Positions 25,590 to 37,602 of a stretch of DNA of 64,000 nucleotides are shown here, in pieces. The first letter of the stretch is position 1; every line of letters begins with the position of its first letter. This DNA comes from Eledone cirrhosa (Eukaryota): positions 23,994,001-24,058,000 of the forward strand of contig OZ024753.1 in the NCBI GenBank assembly GCA_964016885.1, given 5' to 3'. Below the pieces are notes generated by a model. The model saw only the letters and a list, made by a program, of their open reading frames with translations. It was not told the DNA's origin and did no database searches. A program made the position numbers and the translations under genes.

Positions 25590-25654
25590 ATTTTATTATA
25601 CATATTTCAGAGGTACTGAATTAAGTTCAACAGTACGTCCTCATCAGATAAAAT
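25590..25654 (-). ncRNA. Type I hammerhead, family A (inverted copy of 26946-27010)
   Basis: Exact reverse complement of the 26946 motif. Confidence 0.75.
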
Positions 25655-26945
25655 AAAATGATAAATGACATACCCTGACATGGTAGATGGTTAAGATTTA
25701 ATCAAGGTAGTGATTAACTTATGACAAAACTCAATATTTATAACCTAATATTGAGAACATGAGAAAACGTAATACTAACAATAGAGAGAGTGTGAGTAAT
25801 ATATTTTAAGAAATACATGGCATCAATATAACAGTTATAGAATTTTTTATTTTTTAAAACTACTAAAGAAAGAGGAGGGAAAGGAAGAAACAGCTGAAGT
25901 GATAACTTATTTAGTATTTAGCTTGAGAAGACAGATGAAAGATGATTAAAGAGAGAGAGACAGACAAAGGGGAGTAATTTATGTTCAAGTTTCTACACAC
26001 AGATTCTTATATCTAGTTGGCGGTTAATTTTCAAAATATTTAATTCATGTTATTTCAGGGTAAAGAATCAAATTTTAGGTTTTAAAAGTTAATAGGTATT
26101 TGTATTAATATTATAATATAATTATGTTAAATTTCTAAAATTCAAATTTTATGAAAACAAATTTAAAGGATTTACGAACCCAAGAAAGAAAGAAAAAATA
26201 TATATATAATGTTTTATATCCCCACGAAGGTAATCTTTTCCAAAATTACTTATAATATTGACATCAGTTTCTATAATATAATTTATAAGATATTTATAGT
26301 TATAACTATTAGAGAATTTATTGTTAAATAGTTTGAGTGCCTAAAGTATCAACCGGCCTTATAATTAAACTTAAAGAAGTCAGAATTTTCAACTATATAT
26401 ATGTATTGATCATAATATACCAAGATTATAGTTTATTATTTGTTCATATATTGTATTAAGTAAATGATTATATAAGTTCGACCTTCCAGGGAAAACCAAA
26501 CACTTATAATAATACATAATGTCATTTGAGTGTTTAAATTATTTATAAATGTAACTACGATTATGTTATTACACTATGTACAAACTATACTTAGATATAA
26601 TTATAGGTATTAATGAAACGGTATACATTTAATAAAGAATAACAATTATAATCATTGTTAGTAATGCTATAATTGTAGTTTTAACTCCAGTTCAGTGAAG
26701 AGATAGACCAATATTTGTCAGCTATTATGGTTTGTTAAATATACATAAAAAAACAAAGTGCTAATCCAGCTTTCTGAGTCCCCCAAAACCATCTCAAATG
26801 AGTAATATATATATATATATATAATATGCAAACGTATGAATGATCCACAGTTCAAATTATAATCAGTAAATTTACAAGTTAGATATCTAAACTATATATT
26901 TAAAACAGAGACAGAAAAATAAAGATCTGAATCATGTATCATTTT

Positions 26946-27010
26946 ATTTTATCTGATGAGGACGTACTGTTGAACTTAATTCAGTACCTCTGAAATATGT
27001 ATAATAAAAT
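26946..27010 (+). ncRNA. Type I hammerhead, family A
   Basis: ATTTTAT-CTGATGA-GGACGTACTG...CAGTACCTCT-GAAA-TATGT-ATA-ATAAAAT, with 7-bp stem I. Confidence 0.75.
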
Positions 27011-27164
27011 ATAATTGATCACAAGAATATCTATTTTGTTAATATTTGGAATTAATATTAATAACTCTGGAAAATATTTTTTAGAGTAGAGTGCTTCCAA
27101 TCTATTGTAAAACTCATTCTTTGATGTATTCATTGAATCTTGTTTAACTCTTAAATACATATAC

Positions 27165-27243
<79 letters not shown>

Positions 27244-27270
27244 CACATATATATATATATATATATACTT

Positions 27271-27311
<41 letters not shown>

Positions 27312-27460
27312 TGCATATATATATATACACATATATATATATACATATACACACACACACGCATATACACATACATATACATACACATACGTATACACAC
27401 ACACACACACATATATATATACATACATTCATACATATACACACATACACACATATATAT

Positions 27461-27538
<78 letters not shown>

Positions 27539-27779
27539 ACACATATAAAAATACACAAAGGGGAAACATTAAGGAAACAATCAAGATATGAAAAGCCATC
27601 AGATAACATAAATTAAAATTAAGTAACATAAATACAAGTAGAGAAAAGGTAAAGTAAAAGTTTGAAAGGTAACAAAACGAAGGTAGGGTTGGGGTGGGAG
27701 GGGGCACGGGGGAGTGAGTTTAATGTTTAATGTCGATTCCGTTGTCTTATGGGATCATCGTTCAGGGGGAAGAACTGGT

Positions 27780-29275
27780 CTATATGACTTGTAAGTTGCA
27801 TAGTGTTTGTGCATGCAATTCTAGCAGTGTTCTGGGAGTTTATTGAGTAAGGGTCCTTTGGCGAATAGTATTTCGTAACTCTCGGAAATACAAAGGTCAC
27901 AACAATTATGGCCTCCTGTGTAAGACCGCGCTCTCTGGGGTAGTTTCCATTTGAGCGTAAAGGGGATGGAGTTCCTTTTTAGGTCCCAGACATAGGCGGC
28001 GAGTGTTATTTTGTTGGACTTGTCCGGGCGTCGAAAAGAATGGGTGTGTGCGTTAAAGTTGTTGGAGGTCATCCCGATATACGTCTTTCTCTCTTCATCA
28101 GGGCCTGAGATGACATCACATTTGTATACAATATCCTTTATAAGGCATTTATTGCTTAAGAGGCATGCAGCCTTATCGTGGCAGTTGCACAGGACCCCGT
28201 ACAGGGATGGGTTTCGGAGGTAGTAGACTTATTTAACTTATTAATATTAATATTGGGTAAGTTCCTAGCTAGATTTGGTGTAGTGGAGTAAGAGAGTCTG
28301 ATTGTATTCTTATTAAAGATGGTGTAGTACTTATGTTGGGTGGGGAAGTGTTTGTGCAATAGACTAAAGAAATTTTTTGCTATAGGTGTAGATACCTCGC
28401 AGTTGAAGGGGGGGTTGTACCAGCTAATTTTCCTCTTCCTGGGTGGGCGTGGGGCTATTCTGAGATAAGAGATCTTATCTTTAAAACCTCTACGAGCTAG
28501 GGCTTCGTTGTAATAGAGGGCCGCGGCCCTAAAAATATCCTCATTGGCGGAGAGCCCAGAGATCCTAATGGAGACACTTTTAACTAAATTATCTGTAATG
28601 TTCTTGGGGTGATTCGAGTTAACGTCTATATAACTAAGGAATTCGTTAGGTTTGTGGTACGGATAATAAAGGGAGGTTTCTAAATCGAGAGTTACATCTA
28701 AGAAGTTGGCTCGAGTTAAACTCGAAGCTATAGTTATTCTGAGGCCTAGTTTATTGAAGAAAGCGTTAAGGTTTTTCTGAAACCCATCGGTAGTCCTAGG
28801 GTTACTTTTATGCAGGGAAAAGAGGCCGTCATCTCGGTATAATCCGCATGTAAGGCCTGTGAAGAGGGTTTTCATCCGGTTAAGGATAAACAGGCCCACC
28901 AGATCACTAATCTCAGCCGAGTCACTAGCACCCATGCTGACATCGAAGGGGGTCTCCGATTTTTTGTTGATCCAGTAGGACCCGTTATGGTACAAAAAGG
29001 TCTTAAGTGCATGGAGGATCACATCCTGCTCGGCGTCGGTTATGGTGGTTAGGTTTCTTGCGAAAGCAATTGCATCCTTCAGCAGGCACTCAGAAATGGA
29101 GGCGTAGTAATCCTCAATGTCAAGTTGCAGGAAACGGCTGTTGTGTTTGTCAGGCAGTTCTTCGAACCATGAGATTGCTTCGGATGTTCTATTCCAGAGT
29201 GGGAGAGGTGAAGCTGAACGCAGTGTCGGTAGTATCCTCTCCAGGATCTTCTTGCTGACAGATCCTATGGGGGTG
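27780..29275 (-). mobile_element. Penelope-like element, second type (YRDDGL RT; GIY-YIG without internal CxxC), frameshifted
   Basis: ORF 28156-29022: FDVSMGASDSAEISDLVGL, GLYRDDGL, NFLDVTL, YHKPN, SWYNPPF, RLSYS. Downstream IVYKCDV..VYIGMT and CDLCISE. Confidence 0.9.
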
Positions 29276-29592
29276 TGTGTGCTTGTGACCTTGTACTAAC
29301 CTACCATTTCCACATGTTCGATCAACTATTTGATATACCTTTTGTTCAAAATTGTACTATAGAATAAGGAAATGTTTATTTCAATTGCAACTTGCCACTA
29401 AACTTCTTTCTCTAATAAATTTTGTTTTTTCTAAGAATCCCCATCCTTTAATCCCACCATGACCCCCCACCCCCAATAACTCCCTTCCCTTACCATACAA
29501 ATTGTATAAATACCAGAAATTTACATTGACAGTCGTCTTTCTGATGATTTCCTCTGAATGAATAAAACAGTTCTAGTCGATATTAAATTACT

Positions 29593-29663
29593 TTTACTCT
29601 GTTATGTATTGAGTACCTTACTTACTGTGGTTATCCCCGATTTAACCCGGGATCTACACACAC

Positions 29664-29755
<92 letters not shown>

Positions 29756-29813
29756 CCCGGGTTAAATCGGGGATAACCACAGTAAGTAAGGTACTCAATA
29801 CATAACAGAGTAA
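29593..29813. repeat. Perfect about 70-bp inverted repeat enclosing (CA)/(TA)/(TG) microsatellite
   Basis: TTACTCTGTTATGTATTGAGTACCTTACTTACTGTGGTTATCCCCGATTTAACCCGGGATCTACAC and its exact reverse complement. The same motif occurs at about 18655 and 33625. Confidence 0.9.
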
Positions 29814-29832
29814 ATTATAATTTAAAATAAAT

Positions 29833-29905
29833 TTTCATTCGAACGACCGAAGTCAGACGTCTGTGTCAGGCTCGTCTGTCTTCATGAAACCTTTGGTAAA
29901 TGAAA
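29833..29905 (+). ncRNA. Family B hammerhead-like fold with altered core
   Basis: TTTCATT-CGAACGA-ccGAAGtCAGACG...CGTCTGtCTTCat-GAAA-CCTTTG-GTA-AATGAAA. Confidence 0.5.
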
Positions 29906-30145
29906 TAATTATCTTATGTTGTTTATTACATAACTAAAAAGCTCTGTAGTCTACATAGAGCACCTTCTTTTCCTTTACCTTTCCTAAGGAAACACTTCAC
30001 ACACACACACATATATATATATATATGAAGTGTTTCCATCTGTCCCCCTTCCTTTATTTCTTATTTCTTTTCCATTAATACTATTATTGATGTAGTAATT
30101 TGAATTTATAAGTTTACCATTACGCATGTATTTTGTATTTCTTAT

Positions 30146-30250
30146 CAGTTCGTGATGAAATGATGGAGGATGTATTTTAAATTGAGTTATGCTGTCTTCA
30201 GTGTTTAGCAATTTCTAGACAACTCTATCATGGAAACAATTGTTAGACTG
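30146..30250 (+). ncRNA. Degenerate hammerhead with long stem II
   Basis: CAGTTc-GTGATGA-aATGAT...ATCATg-GAAA-CAATT-GTT-aGACTG. Confidence 0.4.
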
Positions 30251-30293
30251 TAAATAAATCTCCTTGTTTGTACTGTTGACCATGTTATTCTTC

Positions 30294-30381
<88 letters not shown>

Positions 30382-30571
30382 GATAAATCTACCAAGAGTT
30401 TACGGTAGTGTCCAATCCGTATGAATATGCATGCCAATAGATCTGTTGAATATGCATGCCAATTCTTACACATATATATCCTAGAAACGATCGTTAAATA
30501 ATGAACTTTTTTTGTTTAATATAAGGAACTGTTTCATTGTTTTATTCATTATTTTTTTAATATTTTATATA

Positions 30572-30651
<80 letters not shown>

Positions 30652-30768
30652 TGTATATATAGTGTATTTTGCAATACACTGTATGCTTAATTAAAAGCAT
30701 TTCGAAGACCTTATGCTATTGTTTTACAGTAGTGACAGTCTCACTTTCTTTAATTTTCAGCAAACAGG

Positions 30769-30830
30769 GGAGATAAAGCCGACAGAGCCCTGTTTCACAT
30801 TTGTTGATGCTTATCAAGGCTAACTACTCC
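30769..30830 (-). ncRNA. Variant hammerhead (U3-A8 core), independent family
   Basis: Reverse strand: GGAG..AGCC-TTGATAA-GCAT caacaa ATGT-GAAA-CAGggctCT-GTC-GGCT..CTCC. A truncated plus-strand copy lies at 31014-31060. Confidence 0.8.
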
Positions 30831-31224
30831 TCCTTTTTTCTGAAAATCATGGATGTTTGATTCTTATAGAATTCTAGTAAATAATCAGGAACTGATTATA
30901 CAGAGCTGCTGCCGGTCAAGCAGAAATTGAAAATTAGAATTGGTGCTCTGAAATAGCTATATATATATGAATGTATATCTAGTGTATTTTGCAATATGTA
31001 TGCTTAATTAAAAGATAAGCATCAACAAATGCGAAACAGGACTCTGTCAGCTTTATCTCCCCTGTTTGCTGAAAATTAAAGTAAGTGAGACTGTCACTAC
31101 TCTAAAGCAATAGCATAAGGTCTTCGAAATGCTTTTAATTAAGCATACAGTGTATTGCAAAATACACTATATATACATTCATATATATATAGCTATTTCA
31201 GAGCACCAATTATAATATATACAA

Positions 31225-32440
31225 CTTTACAACTTCACATAAATACTATAAAATCTTTAACTCGCGCACCATTAGACTCTCATACTCCACTGCACCTAAC
31301 ATAGAACAACTAATTAGAAAACTCAACTCAGCAATACTGAATAAGTACATCCCTAATGACTCAGCGCACCAGCATAGCAACATACAACGCACTAACACGC
31401 AACCACAACCCCACCAAACTATCCAGGATTCTACTGCAAAACATAAAAATAATTGTAACTGCACCAAACCAGGTACGTGCCCACTGAATAACCAGTGCCT
31501 AGCACGCAATATTGTCTACCGATGTACAATAAATTCCGGAACCAACAAATGGTATTACGTCGGATGTACCGCAACTTCTTTCAAGGCTCGCCTATACCAA
31601 CATCGATCCTCGATCAGGCACGAGAAAATGCGCTCCGTAACAACCTCGCCGATAAAGCCTGGCAGCTTCGGAGGAACAATCAAGCGTTCTCCCTTTATTG
31701 GCAAATTATTGCAGCTGCGCCTGCATATCAGCAAAATCATCGATTCTGCAAGTTATGCAATTTAGAGATATACTGCATTTTAACGTCGGTAAACAAACTT
31801 TTGAACAGCAAAATTGAACGTTCTCTATACTGTAACCATCGTTTGAAAACGACTTTTTCTTTTTTTTAAATGCATATGTTACCTTTTTACACCACCGTTT
31901 GCAAATTTCTGTCTTATATGTTTATACACAAGATATGGCTTTCTATAATAATAGTACTAAACACTGTTTTTCTGGACCCCTTTAGAAATAACCTGCTACT
32001 GTAATAGCCCTAATAACTTGTCTGTGACACTGTACCACTTTGACCCCTTTAACTAAATTTTGTCCGAACAACACCACTAGAAGAATCTACTTCCCCGCCA
32101 ACCTTAGCACGGCTCATTAAGCTAACTGCTGCCAAAACATTCTCTCCTCACAATCTCTACTAGTCTGACAGTCTTAAATCCTAAGACTCCCTCCACCTTA
32201 CTCACTTCCCTCTTCCCCTTCTCTTCCTACCTCCTTCTTTATCTTTTATCTAGTGTATAAAATATTTTCATATCATTCTAATACAAAGGTCTGAAGACAT
32301 GGTGTGTGAGCTTACAGTGTACCTTCGGTTTATGATAATATTTGTATATTATTCAAATAGCGAGGTATAGGTAACCCATACCCTATAGAAACAATTGTTA
32401 CCTAATAAATTCTATATACCCGCATTTCCATTTCGTAAAC
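31225..32440 (+). mobile_element. 3' part of Penelope-like element (second type) with 3' UTR/pLTR
   Basis: Translation IFNSRTIRLSYSTAPN...CNCTKPGTCPLNNQCLARNIVYRCTI...YYVGCTATSFKARLYQH...CKLCNLE. HHR in the 3' region; ends at (CT)n(TA)n. Confidence 0.85.
32287..32403 (+). ncRNA. Type I hammerhead with about 90-nt stem II insertion
   Basis: AGGT-CTGAAGA-...-GAAA-CAATT-GTT-ACCT, with palindromic stem III, at the 3' end of a PLE. The base of stem II is imperfect. Confidence 0.6.
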
Positions 32441-32444
32441 TTCT

Positions 32445-32504
<60 letters not shown>

Positions 32505-32508
<4 letters not shown>

Positions 32509-33349
32509 TAAATCATGTCCTTAGAATTATTAGATAAAATATATACCATTTCCTCTCCCAATTAGCATAATTAACCATATAAAAAATCAATTAGACCAAG
32601 CTATAAGAAGAAAGGCTCTTATGAAGAAATCTCCGACAAATAACCGAAAGTCGCCTCTTATATATATCTATAACTTTATGTATATGTAAACCTTTATATT
32701 TAACAATCTCCCGTTAGGTTGAGATACAATTTGGCGATATTTGGCTGTGGTTTCTAGCAACAAGCCTACCCGCCGTAAGCAACCAATCACATTCTTTCTA
32801 GCTTGACCACGGCCACATTGCGATTCTTAGCCATTTTAAAATCTAATTTTGGCGCGATCACGTTGGAAAACTAAATGTCTAATTTTGAGTTTGTCTCCTG
32901 ATGAATCCTAACTCAAGACATTCCTATTAATTGGATGTCTAAAAATACGGATGAAACCATGGTAGAGATATAATTACGGTATGTACACATTTCTTCTAAG
33001 TTTAATTTTACACCTAATTGTGTATGGTTGATAGTATATTTAGTCAGTTTCTACATGCTGTCGAAATGTTGGATAAATACTCTATTGGGGCCACCGCGAA
33101 GAGGCCACTTTCGGTTATTTGTCGGAGATTTCTTCATAAGAGCCTTTCTTCTTATAGCTTGGTCTAATTGATTTTTATATGGTTAATTATGCTAATTGGG
33201 AGAGGAAATGGTATATATTTTATCTAATAATTCTAAGGACATGATTTATGATATATTGCTCTGATTATTTAATTTATTAATTCTTCATAGAACCAAAAAG
33301 TGACCGGTTGCAGCATATATATATATATAACTTTATGTATATGTAAACC

Positions 33350-33360
<11 letters not shown>
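32505..33360. mobile_element. Non-coding HHR unit with inverted partial copy (32505-32651 vs 33106-33254), flanked by (TA)n
   Basis: About 150-bp inverted repeat, a direct repeat TAACTTTATGTATATGTAAACCTTTATATTTTA at about 32671 and 33328, and an internal HHR. Confidence 0.75.
32892..32970 (+). ncRNA. Canonical type I hammerhead with extended stem II
   Basis: TGTCTC-CTGATGA-ATCC...AGACAT..ATGTCT...GGAT-GAAA-CCATG-GTA-GAGATA, with palindromic stem III ACCATGGT. Confidence 0.85.
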
Positions 33361-33438
<78 letters not shown>

Positions 33439-33619
33439 CAAGTGTATCGAACTAGACAAATTGAGTTTGCGCTGGTACGCTGAATTTACCCACTCGCTCA
33501 ATGACGGGACCTGCATTTCCGAATTAGCGGTCAGTGATTCTGAGCGCACACATTTAGTTATTAGAGGTAAAATTGGAGTCATGTGCGAGCGTTATGTAAA
33601 TCACCATATATATATACGT

Positions 33620-33790
33620 TATTCCGGGTTGAATCGGAGGTAACCACAGTAAGTAAGGTACTCAATACATTGCAGAGTATAAAGGTTTTAATATAGATGA
33701 GATTCTACAGGACTAGAACTGTTTCATTCTTTAGAAATCATCAGGAATCTGGGTATCAAAAAATAAATATGGTATTTATAGGTCTCTACA
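33620..33790 (-). repeat. pLTR-like segment with HHR-like motif (family of 18650-18790 and 21240)
   Basis: CCACAGTAAGTAAGGTACTCAATAC end motif. Reverse strand reads CTGATGA-TTTCTAAAGAAT-GAAA-CAGTTC-TAGTCC; stem I is weak. Confidence 0.55.
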
Positions 33791-34319
33791 AGTGGTAGGA
33801 GAGGGTGGGGAGTGGGATGGGTGTAGATCATTGGTTGATAGAAAAGGGAATTCATTAAAAGCTAATTCTACAAAGCTATAGTTTATTTTTATTAATTTTT
33901 GTTTTTAGAGTAACAAAGGCAGACAGAATTCTATAAACAGGTTCCGGATGGCATACCATTCCTTGTCATTAAGTTTCTCTTAAGCTAACAGATGTCTATA
34001 AGATCAGTGGGGGGTCAGTCATGGTAGATATAATTAAAGGAAAGGGAGATTCTTTAAAAGCTAAATTCATTAAGGTTCTACTAAGTGACAAAGGTTTAGA
34101 GAATTCTGTAGACAGATTCAAAATATTGAGTGCATATCATACAATTATCTTCGAACTTCTCTTAAACTAATCAACTATATGCCAAAAATCAACAGACACA
34201 TTCACAAAAAAACACACTCACTCACACACTCGCGCGCAACCATAAACACACATACACATACACATATACACACATAAAAACACACACACATATATAAATA
34301 TATTTATATACACATATAT

Positions 34320-34390
<71 letters not shown>

Positions 34391-34395
<5 letters not shown>

Positions 34396-37300
34396 TATGA
34401 AGAGAGAAGAAACATTTAGATATAATTAGTAATAAAATGTATCATACCTAAACTGTTCCTAAATTCCTCGACTACGTAGTTTCGTGGCATAAACAAAAAC
34501 AATATATCAAAGACATAGAGTCCTTGCGAGGTCTGCCGACTTATCAAGAGGATACCTCATTTTACTAGTCTCAAGAACGCGTCTACACGACGTGAGAAAG
34601 AATCCCAAAAGGCGGAGGGGGAGATAGTCACGCGATATAACGGTCGAGAAACAGAGCTAAGCCTCTTATAAACACGAAAAAAATACCACGGAGGCGGAGG
34701 GGGTATTCATATCGAGGCCGTAGAAGAGGTAGTGAAGAAGGCGAGAAGTATGAGTAATGGAAGCTTTCCAGTTGTCCCCACACTTCAAAGATTGCTCGAC
34801 CAGAGGGAGTTATTAATACATTTAGAAACACACAGATACATGCGGACACACACATATATACATGAATGCATCCGCACCCAACTGTGAGTTAAGGGTGCCA
34901 ACTTCACCGATGTTGCTCAATGAATGACTGGGACAGACCAATTCAGTTTGAACCAGACTGAACCAGTATCAGAGTTAAAAATACATTATGAAGAGAGAAG
35001 AAACATTTAGATATAATTAGTAATAAAATGTATCATACCTAAACTGTTCCTAAATTCCTCGACTACGTAGTTTCGTGGCATAAACAAAAACAATATATCA
35101 AAGACATAGAGTCCTTGCGAGGTCTGCCGACTTATCAAGAGGATACCTCATTTTACTAGTCTCAAGAACGCGTCTACACGACGTGAGAAAGAATCCCAAA
35201 AGGCGGAGGGGGAGATAGTCACGCGATATAACGGTCGAGAAACAGAGCTAAGCCTCTTATAACCACGAAAAAAATACCACGGAGGCGGAGGGGGTATTCA
35301 TATCGAGGCCGTAGAAGAGGTAGTGAAGAAGGCGAGAAGTATGAGTAATGGAAGCTTTCCAGTTGTCCCCACACTTCAAAGATTGCTCGACCAGAGGGAG
35401 TTATTAATACATTTAGAAACACACAGATACATGCGGACACACACATATATACATGAATGCATCCGCACCCAACTGTAGACGCGTTCTTGAGACTAGTAAA
35501 ATGAGGTATCCTCTTGATAAGTCGGCAGACCTCGCAAGGACTCTATGTCTTTGATATATTGTTTTTGTTTATGCCACGAAACTACGTAGTCGAGGAATTT
35601 AGGAACAGTTTAGGTATGATACATTTTATTACTAATTATATCTAAATGTTTCTTCTCTCTTCATAATGTATTTTTAACTCTGATACTGGTTCAGTCTGGT
35701 TCAAACTGAATTGGTCTGTCCCAGTCATTCATTGAGCAACATCGGTGAAGTTGGCACCCTTAACTCACAGTTGGGTGCGGATGCATTCATGTATATATGT
35801 GTGTGTCCGCATGTATCTGTGTGTTTCTAAATGTATTAATAACTCCCTCTGGTCGAGCAATCTTTGAAGTGTGGGGACAACTGGAAAGCTTCCATTACTC
35901 ATACTTCTCGCCTTCTTCACTACCTCTTCTACGGCCTCGATATGAATACCCCCTCCGCCTCCGTGGTATTTTTTTCGTGGTTATAAGAGGCTTAGCTCTG
36001 TTTCTCGACCGTTATATCGCGTGACTATCTCCCCCTCCGCCTTTTGGGATTCTTTCTCACGTCGTGTAGACGCGTTCTTGAGACTAGTAAAATGAGGTAT
36101 CCTCTTGATAAGTCGGCAGACCTCGCAAGGACTCTATGTCTTTGATATATTGTTTTTGTTTATGCCACGAAACTACGTAGTCGAGGAATTTAGGAACAGT
36201 TTAGGTATGATACATTTTATTACTAATTATATCTAAATGTTTCTTCTCTCTTCATAATGTATTTTTAACTCTGATACTGGTTCAGTCTGGTTCAAACTGA
36301 ATTGGTCTGTCCCAGTCATTCATTGAGCAACATCGGTGAAGTTGGCACCCTTAACTCACAGTTGGGTGCGGATGCATTCATGTATATATGTGTGTGTCCG
36401 CATGTATCTGTGTGTTTCTAAATGTATTAATAACTCCCTCTGGTCGAGCAATCTTTGAAGTGTGGGGACAACTGGAAAGCTTCCATTACTCATACTTCTC
36501 GCCTTCTTCACTACCTCTTCTACGGCCTCGATATGAATACCCCCTCCGCCTCCGTGGTATTTTTTTCGTGGTTATAAGAGGCTTAGCTCTGTTTCTCGAC
36601 CGTTATATCGCGTGACTATCTCCCCCTCCGCCTTTTGGGATTCTTTCTCACGTCGTGTAGACGCGTTCTTGAGACTAGTAAAATGAGGTATCCTCTTGAT
36701 AAGTCGGCAGACCTCGCAAGGACTCTATGTCTTTGATATATTGTTTTTGTTTATGCCACGAAACTACGTAGTCGAGGAATTTAGGAACAGTTTAGGTATG
36801 ATACATTTTATTACTAATTATATCTAAATGTTTCTTCTCTCTTCATAATGTATTTTTAACTCTGATACTGGTTCAGTCTGGTTCAAACTGAATTGGTCTG
36901 TCCCAGTCATTCATTGAGCAACATCGGTGAAGTTGGCACCCTTAACTCACAGTTGGGTGCGGATGCATTCATGTATATATGTGTGTGTCCGCATGTATCT
37001 GTGTGTTTCTAAATGTATTAATAACTCCCTCTGGTCGAGCAATCTTTGAAGTGTGGGGACAACTGGAAAGCTTCCATTACTCATACTTCTCGCCTTCTTC
37101 AATACCTCTTCTACGGCCTCGATATGAATACCCCCTCCGCCTCCGTGGTATTTTTTCGTGGTTATAAGAGGCTTAGCTCTGTTTCTCGACCGTTATATCG
37201 CGTGACTATCTCCCCCTCCGCCTTTTGGGATTCTTTCTCACGTCGTGTAGACGCGTTCTTGAGACTAGTAAAATGAGGTATCCTCTTGATAAGTCGGCAG

Positions 37301-37602
37301 ACCTCGCAAGGACTCTATGTCTTTGATATATTGTTTTTGTTTATGCCACGAAACTACGTAGTCGAGGAATTTAGGAACAGTTTAGGTATGATACATTTTA
37401 TTACTAATTATATCTAAATGTTTCTTCTCTCTTCATAATGTATTTTTAACTCTGATACTGGTTCAGTCTGGTTCAAACTGAATTGGTCTGTCCCAGTCAT
37501 TCATTGAGCAACATCGGTGAAGTTGGCACCCTTAACTCACAGTTGGGTGCGGATGCATTCATGTATATATGTGTGTGTTCGCATGTATCTGTGTGTTTCT
37601 AA

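Noticed and set aside
35797-36024. Repeated 75-aa ORF in the 591-bp unit
   Set aside because: Starts in a microsatellite-like tract, has no recognisable motif and is frameshifted in one copy. Its identity across copies is explained by recent amplification.
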